This document shows positions 9,656 to 19,304 of a stretch of 64,000 bases of DNA, piece by piece. Each line of letters opens with the position of its first letter. Within the stretch, counting starts at the first letter, position 1. A program made the translations under genes and the position numbers. The DNA is from Polyangiaceae bacterium (GTDB lineage: Bacteria; Myxococcota_A; Polyangia; Polyangiales; Polyangiaceae), in assembly GCA_965222375.1 (NCBI GenBank), contig CBDCTZ010000014.1:832001-896000 (forward strand). Reading direction: 5' to 3'. The notes under the pieces were generated by a model, which searched no databases, was not told where the DNA came from, and saw only the letters and a list, made by a program, of their open reading frames with translations.

Positions 9656-10630
9656 CTACATACTGCGAGGTTGGTCCGACTTCCTCCTTGGCTGACTGCC
9701 CCCAGGTTTGAGCACGGCTACCTGGTGGCGTTCGACAACGTCTCGAATCAAGCCTCGAATCCAGCGGTTGAGGGGATCATGATGGGTCCTCTGGTGCCAG
9801 ATCATGGGCAGTTCGAGAGGTGGAACGGCGAGAGGGACCGGCTTGATCACGAGGGGATGACGCTGTGCCAGGTGCTGAGCGAGCAGTGCGGAAGTGGTGA
9901 CCACGAGGTCGCTTTCGACCACCATCATGGCGATAACGACCGGCGACGCCGCTCGTACTACGATCCTTCTTCGCAGCCCATGCTGAGCGAGAGCGTGGTC
10001 CACGTGGCCCGGGCCCGCTCCAGTGACGGTCATGATGCCGTGCTCCAAGATGGAGAACTGCTGGCGCGTCCACCTCCTTCTTAGCGCTGGGTGGCGCCGT
10101 CGCAATAGGCAGACCCATGGGTCGTCCACCAGACGACGGCAATGCAAATTGCTCTCCTCGCCACCCGGTACGCCGAAGGTGAGGGCGACGTGTCCATCTG
10201 TCAGACGGCGGCGCCAGCCCGCAGACCATGAGTCGAACACGAGATCAAGATGCGGCGCTTCTGCTCGAACTCTTCCGAGCAGCATGGGGCCGAAAACGAG
10301 AGTGAAGTGGTCCGGGAACTCGAGGCGTACACTGCCACGAGCAGCCTTCGGATCGAAGTCATCAGTTTGCAACATTCGAGAGACTTGTTCCAGCGTGCTT
10401 CCCACGGGCTCGAGCAGCCGTTCTGCGCGAGGTGTGAGTTGGTAGCCTTTGCCCTCCTGCACCAAGAGGGCGTCGTTGAACAGTCCTCGCAGGCGCCCGA
10501 GCGCGCGGCTCACCGCAGGCTGACTTAGCCCCAGCCTTTCCGCTGCCCGAGTGACGTGACGCTCGTGCAAGAGCGCTTCCAAGGTCACGAGCAGGTTGAG
10601 GTCGACATCTCGTAGATTACGAAAACGCAT
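9656..10630 (-). CDS. LysR-family regulator (NodD/LeuO-like subgroup)
   Basis: DLNLLVTLEALLHERHVTRAAERLGLSQPAVSRALGRLR and C-terminal WHQRTHHDPLNRWIR. Confidence 0.93.
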   Translation of the reverse strand: MRFRNLRDVDLNLLVTLEALLHERHVTRAAERLGLSQPAVSRALGRLRGLFNDALLVQEGKGYQLTPRAERLLEPVGSTLEQVSRMLQTDDFDPKAARGSVRLEFPDHFTLVFGPMLLGRVRAEAPHLDLVFDSWSAGWRRRLTDGHVALTFGVPGGEESNLHCRRLVDDPWVCLLRRRHPALRRRWTRQQFSILEHGIMTVTGAGPGHVDHALAQHGLRRRIVVRAASPVVIAMMVVESDLVVTTSALLAQHLAQRHPLVIKPVPLAVPPLELPMIWHQRTHHDPLNRWIRGLIRDVVERHQVAVLKPGGSQPRRKSDQPRSM

Positions 10631-10687
10631 GATACGTATTGGTAACATGCATTGGACGCACACCAGAGACCGCGATAGCCGGGGTGC

Positions 10688-11272
10688 GTGCGTCGAAAGT
10701 TACTCATCATCACCGGAGCGGCCCTGGCGCCACTCCTGGCCGGCCCCTCTCTTGCGCAGGGGGAGCCTCGGGGGGCAGGCGCTCTGGAAACGGATCCCCT
10801 GAGCACGGCAATCGGCGCGCGGACTCTGACACTTCAATGGAACCCAGAGGAGTCCGGGGGCGTTGCCCTGTCCGCGGTTGCGTTCTCGGGCGAGTTTCCC
10901 GACTTCGCCCAGCGCCTGCTGCGCCTGCGGAACGATTCGGGGGTGGATTGGAGGATCGGCCCGAGCTTCGGCGTGGGTGTAGACTATTTTGTTGCCAGTC
11001 GGGCGGAGGGGCTGTTTCTGGGTGTCGTCGCACTAGAGTTCCACAACGTTATCGAGCGCAGAGGTGATCGCAGTCGCTTTTTCTCGATCAACTTCATTCC
11101 CCGGGTAGGCTACCGCTGGTTTTTGGATGCCGACTCGAGCATCTACGTGGCCCCTTTTGGTGGGCCCCGGTTCGAGTTCAAACTAGCTGGCGACAACAGT
11201 GTCGACGGGGTGGTGTTCGAGCCGACTCGAGTTGCTCCGTTTGCAACGGTGCACGTGGGGATCCACCTATGA
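10688..11272 (+). CDS. Putative outer-membrane beta-barrel protein
   Basis: Signal peptide and amphipathic beta strands (PRVGYRWF; C-terminal VHVGIHL). Confidence 0.65.
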   Translation: MRRKLLIITGAALAPLLAGPSLAQGEPRGAGALETDPLSTAIGARTLTLQWNPEESGGVALSAVAFSGEFPDFAQRLLRLRNDSGVDWRIGPSFGVGVDYFVASRAEGLFLGVVALEFHNVIERRGDRSRFFSINFIPRVGYRWFLDADSSIYVAPFGGPRFEFKLAGDNSVDGVVFEPTRVAPFATVHVGIHL

Positions 11273-11297
11273 CATGTAAAAGGATGCGTAGCCCAGC

Positions 11298-11696
11298 ATG
11301 AGCGTTCCACTCTTCACTTTGACGTACTTGGCCGTCCTGGCGCTGATCTACTCTGTTCTCGCATTGATCGTGGTTGTTCTGCGCGGCAAGTACGATATTC
11401 CCTTTGGTCACGGTAACAACGCGCTGCTCGAGCGGGCCATTCGAGCGCACGGGAACTTCATCGAATGGGTTCCGATGACCGCGCTATTGATCGCCGGGTT
11501 GGAGGTGTCGGGGCAACCCACGCTGCACATACATGTGATGATGGGGGCTCTCTTGGTCGCTCGAGTTCTCCACCCGATTGCCTTGTTCTCCAAACTTGGC
11601 AGCCGTCGCTACTTCGTGGGGCGGATTGCCGGAGCGACGACAACCTGGCTCACCATGACCGCTGCAGCGGTCATGGTGATTCGGTGCCTGGTGTAG
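11298..11696 (+). CDS. MAPEG-family membrane protein
   Basis: RAIRAHGNFIEWVP and ARVLH motifs; 4 TM helices. Confidence 0.9.
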   Translation: MSVPLFTLTYLAVLALIYSVLALIVVVLRGKYDIPFGHGNNALLERAIRAHGNFIEWVPMTALLIAGLEVSGQPTLHIHVMMGALLVARVLHPIALFSKLGSRRYFVGRIAGATTTWLTMTAAAVMVIRCLV

Positions 11697-11835
11697 TTCG
11701 AGACTTCCATCGCTGCCCTGGCTGTCGCTGGAGCGAGCTGGGACCACTGAATCCGCTCGCGGGCATGCTCTGCCTGTGTCCCCTGGCGCATCGTCCGAAG
11801 ATCCAGGGCAATACTGGAGTGGTACACTTGGGGTC

Positions 11836-13287
11836 ATGAGAACCTGCGCGTGGCTGGCGATTCTGGGTCTTTTCTCTGCTGGGTGCGGCGGCGACGACGA
11901 CGGCGGTGGAAGCTCCGGGGGCAGTGCCGGCACAGGGGCGAGTTCGGGCTCCGGCGGCAATGGGGCGGCCGCCGGTAGCGGCGGAAACGGAACGGGTGCT
12001 TCAGCGGGTACCGGTGGTGGCAGCGCAGGAAGCGGCGGAAGCGGTACCGGTGGCAGCGGTACCGGTGGAACAGGCGGCGTGCCGAGCGCGAATTGTGATC
12101 CATTGCCCGCGCCGAGTGGTGCCACGCTGGAGTTGAAGCCCGGCGACGACTTGAGCAACGCGGTCAACAGCGTGGCGGCGGGCACGACCATTCTCTTGGC
12201 AGACGGTACCTACGACGTCAGCAATGACCCCATGTACATCACGACGGACGGGCTCACCATCCGTGGCAAGAGCGGCAATCGAGGCGCCGTGATCTTGGAC
12301 TCGAAGCATCAAGATAACGGTACCGGCGGCATCATCAGCGTGCGCTCGAACAACGTGACCATTGCGCACTTGACCCTCAAGGAGGCGCGCTTTCACGCCA
12401 TTCATGTCAGTGGTGGGCAGGCGGCGACGACCACCGGCGCCCGGATTCACGACGTGCATGTGCTCGACCCAGGCGAACAGGGCATCAAGATCAACGCCAG
12501 CGGCAAGAACTACACGGACCAGGGGGAGATCTCGTGCTCGCGAATCGAGCTGACTCGCCCCGGTGCGGCCTTTGTGCAAACGAAAGTGAGCAGCGGAAGT
12601 ACCTGCTACACCGGCGGCGTGGATGCCCACGATGCGCGGGGCTGGGTTGTTCGCGACAATCACATCGAGGGTTTTTGGTGCGAGGGGCCGGACATCTCCG
12701 AGCATGGAATTCACTTCTGGACGGGCTGTCGCGACACCCTGGTGACTCGCAATGTGCTCGTGAACAATGCGCGACACATCGGTTTCGGCCTAGTAGGCAG
12801 TGGGCGAACCTACTCCGACAACCCATGCCCGGGTCACACGCAGGTGGGCCACTACGACGGGACCATCATCAACAACTTCATGGTCGCCACGGACCCCAAG
12901 TTGTTCGCGTCTCCGAGTGGTTTCGATTCCGGGATCTCGCTCTGGTATTCCTGCGGCACGGTCGTGATGCACAACAGCATTGCGTCGACCCAAACGCCCA
13001 AGTCGAGCGGGATCGAGTACCGCTTCGCCTCCACCAGCGCGGAGATCGCCAACAACATTTCAACCCATCCGTTCAAAGAGCGGAATGGCGCGACGGCCAA
13101 GCTGGAGACCAACATCGAAAACGCCTCCACGAGCGATTTCGTGGACGTGGCCAAGGCTGACTTGCACTTGACGGCGGGGGCAACAGCGGCCCTGGACAAG
13201 GGCACCGACAAGACGACTCACGTCAAGATAGACATCGACTCGGAGCCTCGCAGCAAGACGCCCGACATTGGTGCCGACGAGCGTTGA
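11836..13287 (+). CDS. Right-handed parallel beta-helix lipoprotein
   Basis: SAGC lipobox, Gly linker, GTTILLADGTY, Asn-ladder repeats and C-terminal PDIGADE. Confidence 0.82.
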   Translation: MRTCAWLAILGLFSAGCGGDDDGGGSSGGSAGTGASSGSGGNGAAAGSGGNGTGASAGTGGGSAGSGGSGTGGSGTGGTGGVPSANCDPLPAPSGATLELKPGDDLSNAVNSVAAGTTILLADGTYDVSNDPMYITTDGLTIRGKSGNRGAVILDSKHQDNGTGGIISVRSNNVTIAHLTLKEARFHAIHVSGGQAATTTGARIHDVHVLDPGEQGIKINASGKNYTDQGEISCSRIELTRPGAAFVQTKVSSGSTCYTGGVDAHDARGWVVRDNHIEGFWCEGPDISEHGIHFWTGCRDTLVTRNVLVNNARHIGFGLVGSGRTYSDNPCPGHTQVGHYDGTIINNFMVATDPKLFASPSGFDSGISLWYSCGTVVMHNSIASTQTPKSSGIEYRFASTSAEIANNISTHPFKERNGATAKLETNIENASTSDFVDVAKADLHLTAGATAALDKGTDKTTHVKIDIDSEPRSKTPDIGADER

Positions 13288-13318
13288 GTCTGCGCCACGC
13301 GCGAGTGCGCAGCGCAAG

Positions 13319-13825
13319 CTAGGGCGCGCAGGCGTCGAAGGCTGTGTTCTCGGCGTCGCAGTTGCCGGCTTTGAAGTCTGGGCCGTCAGGAGTGCACTCC
13401 CAAGCCGCGGCCGTCGCGGGCAGAGCTTTCGCGCAGGTGACCAAGGCTTCGAACTCCGTGACACACTTGCCACCCGCGTAGAGCGTATTGCATAGACCGA
13501 TCAGCTGCGCGGAGTTGTCTTTGCAGCCGATGGCGCTGGCCGCGGCCTTCGTGAGGTCTGCGGCGTCGTTGCACGCCTGGTGGGTGCTCGTCGCACCGCC
13601 CGCTCCCCCCGCGCCACCGCTCGCGGACCCTGCGCTGCCGCCGGTCGCGCTGCCCGCGCTGCCACCCGTGGCCGAGCCTGCAGCGCCACCGGTAGCGGTC
13701 CCGCCGGTGCCCGAGCCGCCGGTGCCCGAGCCGCCGCTTCCGGAGCTGTCGTCGTCCGAGCCGCAGGCGGGCGCCAGGGCGATGAGTGCAATCGAGGCCG
13801 ATATCCAAGCGAAGGTTCGAATCAT
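13319..13825 (-). CDS. Cys-rich hypothetical lipoprotein
   Basis: MIRTFAWISASIALIALAPAC lipobox, Gly linker and an 8-Cys C-terminal domain. Confidence 0.75.
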   Translation of the reverse strand: MIRTFAWISASIALIALAPACGSDDDSSGSGGSGTGGSGTGGTATGGAAGSATGGSAGSATGGSAGSASGGAGGAGGATSTHQACNDAADLTKAAASAIGCKDNSAQLIGLCNTLYAGGKCVTEFEALVTCAKALPATAAAWECTPDGPDFKAGNCDAENTAFDACAP

Positions 13826-14054
13826 GGCGGGCAGACTAGCATTGAAGCCCGCTGGTTTTGTAGGGCCTGCGGGGTGCGGATCGAGCGTTGAAGTGGCGTT
13901 CATCATATCGCGCCCTCTGCTCCGACGCGCCGCGCCATTGGAGGGGTCTTCCGAGGCTGGGCAAAGGCGCCCGAGGCGTGCTTGACTCCCCGGCCCACCT
14001 GTTGGACCGAGAGGCGCTCCAGTCGGTCCGGCCCAGCCCGCAACTCACCCAAAA

Positions 14055-17000
14055 ATGGCAACCACTTCCACTATTTCCGGATCGGCCGAGAGGCCGAAGA
14101 GCTCCCCCTTGGATCTCCGCGAGCTGCTTTGTGGACGTCGTCTGGTGATCCTTGGCGGTACCGGTTTCTTGGGCAAGGTGTTCTGGACCTTCTTGCTCTC
14201 GAAGTACCCGGAGATAGGACATATCCACTTGGTCGTTCGTGCCCGCGGTGGGCAAACGGCGTCGCAGCGGTTCTGGAAGGACATCGCGACCAACGATTGC
14301 CTCAACGCACTGCGCGAGGAGCACGGGGATCAATTCGAGGCGTTCTTGCGCGACAAGATCACGCCCATTGCCGGCGACGTCAGCCACGCGTTCTGTGGCT
14401 TGGAGCCCTCGGTGCGTGACGACCTGCGAGGCAGCGTCGACGCGGTGATCAACGCCTCCGGCGTCGTCGACTTCGACCCTCCGTTGGACCATGCCCTCGA
14501 GGTCAACGCCTTCGGCGTGCAAAACCTCGTGGAGCTGGCTAAAGATCTCGGGGACGCCGCGCTGATGCATACTAGCACTTGCTTCGTGGCTGGAGAGCGC
14601 ACAGGCATCATCGAGGAGCAGGATCCTCGTGACATTCCCTTTCCGCGCGCAGGGGAGTTGGACCCGTCCCATTGGGATCCGGACCGCGAAATCGCCGAGT
14701 GCATGGATGTGGTCGAGCAAGCGCGCCATCGCATGAGCGACGCCTTTCGCCAAAGCCACTTCTTGGACGAAGCAAAGAAGAATCTACGCGAGCGCGGCGA
14801 ACCCGCTCGCGGCGTCGTTCTCGAGCGCGCTGTGGAGCGCGTGAAGCGCAAGTTCGTCGAGGGCCAGCTTGCGGAAATGGGCACGGAACGCGCCCATTTC
14901 TGGGGCTTCCCCAACACCTATACCTACACCAAGGCCATTGGTGAGCAGATCGTCGCGCGTGCTGGGCTCGCGTTCACGATCGTGCGTCCGGCCATCGTCG
15001 AGTCGACGAGCTTCTACCCGTTTCCGGGTTGGAATGAGGGCATCAACACCAGCGCGCCGCTGATCTACAGCCTGCGCGAGGGGCAGACGCAGATCCCCGG
15101 GGGCGACAACGCTCTGGACTTCATTCCCTGCGACATGGTCGCTGGCGGGATGGTGCTGTCGCTGGCCGAACTCTTCGAGGGCACGGCGCCAGCGGTGTAT
15201 CAATACGGTTCCAGCGACAGCAATCCCTGCAGCATGCGGCGCTTCTTCGAGCTCTCCGGGCTCTACAAGCGCAAATACTACCAGCGCACCGGGCGGGGTG
15301 GCCCCGTTGTGAGTGCGCTGCAGTCCCGCTTCGAGGGCGCGCTGCTCAGCGCCGACCAGTTCAAGACCTACGGACCGCGAGCTATTTCGAAGGGCACGGG
15401 CGCCCTGTCCAATGCACTGAAGAAGATGGCTATCGGCCCAGCCGCCAGCTTATTCCGACCCGCTGCCAGCGCCGTCAAAGGCTTCTCCCGCCAACAGGAG
15501 AAAATTGCGGACGTGCTGGAGGCCTTCGTGCCTTTCACGGCACAGTTCGACTACACCTTCCGCTGCGACAACACGCGCTCGGCCGTTCAACGCCTGTCCG
15601 AGGAAGACCAGCAGAAGATCCGCTGGGAGCCCGAGACCATCGATTGGCGGGATTGGTTCCTCACGGTGCACATCCCTGGACTGGAAAAGTGGGTCTTCCC
15701 GAAGATCGACGAGCGCATTCGTCGTGAGGTGAAAGCGCCGGATCCCCACGCCACCTTGCCCCTCTTGCTCGAGGAAATGGCTGAGCGCCACGACCTGGCC
15801 ATTGCGTTGCAGCGCACCGAGGCCGAAGGGCTCTCGCGACTATCGTTTCAGGACGTTCGCGCGCGCGCCCTCTCCCTAGCCGAGCGACTCCGGGAGCAGG
15901 GCGTTGGCCCTGGGGATCGCGTCATTCTCGCTGGCGCCAACCACCCGTCTTGGCCCATTGGCTTCTTCGGCATTCTGTACACCGGTGCCGCAGTGGTGCC
16001 CTTGGATGAGAAGGTCGAGGCCGACGCGGCCGCGAATCTCGCTCGGGCGTCCAAGGCCAAGGTGTTCTTGGCGGACGCGAAGGTGCGTGGGCGCGTGCGA
16101 GCAGACGTCGACGCGATGCGCGGTGACAGCATCCAGTGGCTGGACCTATGGAGCGCTGCCGAACCTGGTGCGCAGCTGGCTGAACCCCATCACGGAAGTG
16201 CCGACGATGTTGCCGCGTTGATCTACACCAGCGGCACGACGGGTACGCCCAAAGGCGTGATGCTGACTCACGAGAACTTGACGGCCCTGGTCGCTGCTCT
16301 TTCGCCCCTGTTCCCGCTGACCAAGGGTGACCGCGTGCTGTCGGTGCTGCCCCTGCATCACACCTTCGAACTCACTTGCGGCCTGCTGCTGCCCATGTCT
16401 CGAGGCGCGCGCATCGTCTATCTGGACGAGCTCACTGCCGAACGACTGGAGGTCGGGCTGAAGAGCGGGCGCATCACCGCCATGATTGGTGTGCCGGCCC
16501 TGTGGGAAATGCTTGAGCGACGCATCACTACCCGGGTCGCCGAGCACGGCAAGTTGGCCTCCCACGTGTTCGGCTTTGCCGTCGAGCTGTCACGCACCTT
16601 GGGCAAGGGGTTGGGCGTGGACGCTGGGCGGCTCCTTTTCGGTCCGGTGCACTCCGGCCTGGGCGGGCATCTGCGCTACTTGGTCAGCGGTGGGGCGGCC
16701 TTGCCCGAAAAGACCCACCATCTCTTTGCCGGCTTGGGGCTTCACCTTGCCGAGGGCTACGGGCTCACGGAGGCCGCGCCTGTGCTCACCGTGGCCTCGG
16801 GCGGGCCCCGAGCTCGTTCTGGGCACGTAGGCAAGGCCGTGCCCGGCGTGGAGATCCGCATCGCAGATCCGAACTCGAGCGGTGTGGGTGAAGTGCTAGC
16901 GCGAGGGCCCAACGTGATGTTGGGCTATTCCGACGACGAAGAAGAGAGCAAGCGCGTGATCGACGCCGATGGCTGGCTGCACACGGGCGATCTGGGCAAG

Positions 17001-18782
17001 CTCGACAAGCGCGGCAACCTCGTGATTGTCGGCCGCGCGAAAGACGTCATCGTCACGTCCGCTGGAGAGAACATCTACCCGGACGACGTCGAGGCCCGCC
17101 TGGGCAACGTCGAGAGCGTGGAGGAGTTTGCCTTCGTTGGCATCAGCGCGGATCGTGGGGGCGAACGCCTGGCCTGCGTGGCCGTTCCTACGCCTACGCC
17201 GGAGCTATCGCGCGCGGACCGCCATGCTCGCGCCAAGAAGTCACTGGAGCGCGCGCTTTCGGCTCTGCCGGCGGTGCAGCGCCCCGCCGTCGTGCAACTC
17301 GTCGATGGGCCTCTGCCGCGCACGGCGACGCGCAAAGTGAAGCGTGGCGAGGTTAAGAGCATGTTGGAGCGGGTCGCGCCATTGTCCGAGCGGCCGCCAC
17401 GAATGGAAGGCGCGGAGCACTTGAACGTCTCGGCGCAGCGCGTTCGGGCGGCTGTGGGAGCCATCACGCGCAAAGATCCCAAAAAACTGGCCCCGGGCAT
17501 GAGTTTGCGCGGAGATTTGGGCTTCGATTCGCTCATGCTGCTCGAGCTGCTCGTCGCCCTCGAGTCCCAGCTGGGCCAAACCTTGGACGCCGAGCGCCTG
17601 AGCGCCTGCGACACCATCGCGGATGCAGAAGCGGTGGTCGCGGAGGTGTCGTCGGCTAGTCGACCCTCGGCCACGGCCAGCATCGAGCGTGAGACCGAGG
17701 AAAGCTTGGAGATACCGCCGCAGATGCGCGATGCGGCCATGCACTGGATGGGGCGCGCCCAGATGGGCTTCTACGACCGAGTGTTGCGGACGAAGATCAC
17801 CGGTCGCGCGTTCTTGCCCTACAACCGCAACACCATCGTAGCGGCCAACCATGCCAGCCACTTGGACATGGGGCTGGTGAAGTATGCATTGGGGAGCTAC
17901 GGCCAGGACCTCGTGTCGTTGGCAGCGCAGGACTACTTCTTCGAAGGCAACCGCTGGCGCAAGACCTACTTCGAGAACTTCACCAACCTGGTGCCCATGA
18001 GTCGCAGCGGCTCGTTGCGCCAGAGCTTGCGTCAAGCTGGGTCCTTGCTCGATGAAGGCAAGACGGTTCTGGTCTTCCCGGAAGGCACGCGCAGCGCGGA
18101 CGGCGAAGTGCACGAGTTCAAGAGCGCCGTTGGCTATCTAGCGCTGCACCACAACACGGACATCTTGCCCGTGTATCTCGTGGGCACGCACCGAGCATTG
18201 CCCAAGGGTGCCACCTTGATGCGGCGGCGCGATGTGGGCGCGCGCATCGGCCCGCCCCTGTGCATTGGAGATCTGCGCCGTTTGACGGAGGGGCTGTCGC
18301 CGAGCGAGGCGTCCCGGGCGGTCACGGAACTGACTCGCCGCGCGATTCTGGCGCTTCGCCGCGGTGCGGTGCTGGACATCTCGACCCTGCAGCCGTCGGA
18401 CTTGAGCAAGGCCGATGCGGCGGACGACTCGATTGCAGGTGTCTTCCAAGAACTCGAGCCGCGGTTCGTGGCTGGCGCCGTGGACAAACCGGTGAATTTC
18501 TACTTCGCCCTGGGGGACAAGGACCGCTTCACCCTCAAGCTCACTCCCGAGAGCTGCGAAGTGCTCGAGGGCAAGGCGGTCGATCGAGCGGATTGTGTTT
18601 TGAAGACGAGCCCGGAGATGTTCCGTCGCATCGTGCGCGAGGCCTATACGCCCACCCCCGCCGAGTTCATGTCTGGAGAAGTGAAGAGCAACGACATCGC
18701 GCTCTTGATGACGTTCCAACGTGCCTTCGGTCTTGATGCCGACTCACAGCCGAAACAAAGCTCCAGCGCTCGCGCACCTTGA
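14055..18782 (+). CDS. elbD: Multidomain lipid enzyme: fatty acyl reductase + AMP-binding ligase + ACP + acyltransferase + SCP2-like domain (ElbD-like)
   Basis: GGTGFLGK and YTYTK (reductase), YTSGTTGTPKG (adenylation), GFDSL (ACP Ser), NHASHLD and FPEGTRS (PlsC-type), C-terminal ADCVLKTSPEMF...FMSGEVK (SCP2-like). Domain order matches Myxococcus ElbD. Confidence 0.8.
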   Translation: MATTSTISGSAERPKSSPLDLRELLCGRRLVILGGTGFLGKVFWTFLLSKYPEIGHIHLVVRARGGQTASQRFWKDIATNDCLNALREEHGDQFEAFLRDKITPIAGDVSHAFCGLEPSVRDDLRGSVDAVINASGVVDFDPPLDHALEVNAFGVQNLVELAKDLGDAALMHTSTCFVAGERTGIIEEQDPRDIPFPRAGELDPSHWDPDREIAECMDVVEQARHRMSDAFRQSHFLDEAKKNLRERGEPARGVVLERAVERVKRKFVEGQLAEMGTERAHFWGFPNTYTYTKAIGEQIVARAGLAFTIVRPAIVESTSFYPFPGWNEGINTSAPLIYSLREGQTQIPGGDNALDFIPCDMVAGGMVLSLAELFEGTAPAVYQYGSSDSNPCSMRRFFELSGLYKRKYYQRTGRGGPVVSALQSRFEGALLSADQFKTYGPRAISKGTGALSNALKKMAIGPAASLFRPAASAVKGFSRQQEKIADVLEAFVPFTAQFDYTFRCDNTRSAVQRLSEEDQQKIRWEPETIDWRDWFLTVHIPGLEKWVFPKIDERIRREVKAPDPHATLPLLLEEMAERHDLAIALQRTEAEGLSRLSFQDVRARALSLAERLREQGVGPGDRVILAGANHPSWPIGFFGILYTGAAVVPLDEKVEADAAANLARASKAKVFLADAKVRGRVRADVDAMRGDSIQWLDLWSAAEPGAQLAEPHHGSADDVAALIYTSGTTGTPKGVMLTHENLTALVAALSPLFPLTKGDRVLSVLPLHHTFELTCGLLLPMSRGARIVYLDELTAERLEVGLKSGRITAMIGVPALWEMLERRITTRVAEHGKLASHVFGFAVELSRTLGKGLGVDAGRLLFGPVHSGLGGHLRYLVSGGAALPEKTHHLFAGLGLHLAEGYGLTEAAPVLTVASGGPRARSGHVGKAVPGVEIRIADPNSSGVGEVLARGPNVMLGYSDDEEESKRVIDADGWLHTGDLGKLDKRGNLVIVGRAKDVIVTSAGENIYPDDVEARLGNVESVEEFAFVGISADRGGERLACVAVPTPTPELSRADRHARAKKSLERALSALPAVQRPAVVQLVDGPLPRTATRKVKRGEVKSMLERVAPLSERPPRMEGAEHLNVSAQRVRAAVGAITRKDPKKLAPGMSLRGDLGFDSLMLLELLVALESQLGQTLDAERLSACDTIADAEAVVAEVSSASRPSATASIERETEESLEIPPQMRDAAMHWMGRAQMGFYDRVLRTKITGRAFLPYNRNTIVAANHASHLDMGLVKYALGSYGQDLVSLAAQDYFFEGNRWRKTYFENFTNLVPMSRSGSLRQSLRQAGSLLDEGKTVLVFPEGTRSADGEVHEFKSAVGYLALHHNTDILPVYLVGTHRALPKGATLMRRRDVGARIGPPLCIGDLRRLTEGLSPSEASRAVTELTRRAILALRRGAVLDISTLQPSDLSKADAADDSIAGVFQELEPRFVAGAVDKPVNFYFALGDKDRFTLKLTPESCEVLEGKAVDRADCVLKTSPEMFRRIVREAYTPTPAEFMSGEVKSNDIALLMTFQRAFGLDADSQPKQSSSARAP

Positions 18783-18955
18783 CCGACGCGGAGTAACTCA
18801 GGCAGTCCAGGCTGCGCGACGAACAAAGCGCAGCTGCAGGAACACTCTCACTGCAATTTGGGTCGTCACGCCTTGACACGACTCGTCAGAGCGCTACGAG
18901 CCTAGCAGGGGGTGCGGAGAAGGTGCTTTGCGATCCCCGGCCTGAAGGGGGTCTT

Positions 18956-19138
18956 ATGAGCAATCAAGACATGGTCGACGATCCGGAGCTGAGGCAATCA
19001 CTTCGCGTGATCGAGCGTCAACGCGCGACCAAGAAGTGGGGCGTCATCATCGGTATCTTTCTCGCGTTGGGGATCGCGATGCTAGCGGTGACCTTGGCGT
19101 ACAACGACACGCCGGAGTCAGCGCCGGCCGCTAAGTGA
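18956..19138 (+). CDS. Small single-pass membrane protein
   Basis: 60 aa with one TM helix; G-rich RBS-like sequence upstream. Confidence 0.6.
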   Translation: MSNQDMVDDPELRQSLRVIERQRATKKWGVIIGIFLALGIAMLAVTLAYNDTPESAPAAK

Positions 19139-19272
19139 GCTGAACCGCTCCGAATCCGCCTCGCGTTGCTGCGGGCGGTCGTGGCGCGCGGGACCCACTT
19201 CGGATTCGGGAGTGGGGCTAGTGCCACCCGGTGAAAACTCCAGAAATCGCCAAATTTCGATGAGATCGGCTT

Positions 19273-19288
19273 TGGCCCGGGCGTTGCT
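19273..19288 (+). promoter_or_regulatory. Candidate sigma54 -24/-12 promoter
   Basis: TGGCCCGGGCGTTGCT fits TGGC-N7-TTGCW, 16 nt before the ATG at 19305. Confidence 0.55.
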
Positions 19289-19304
19289 ACTGCGCTGGCT
19301 CGAG

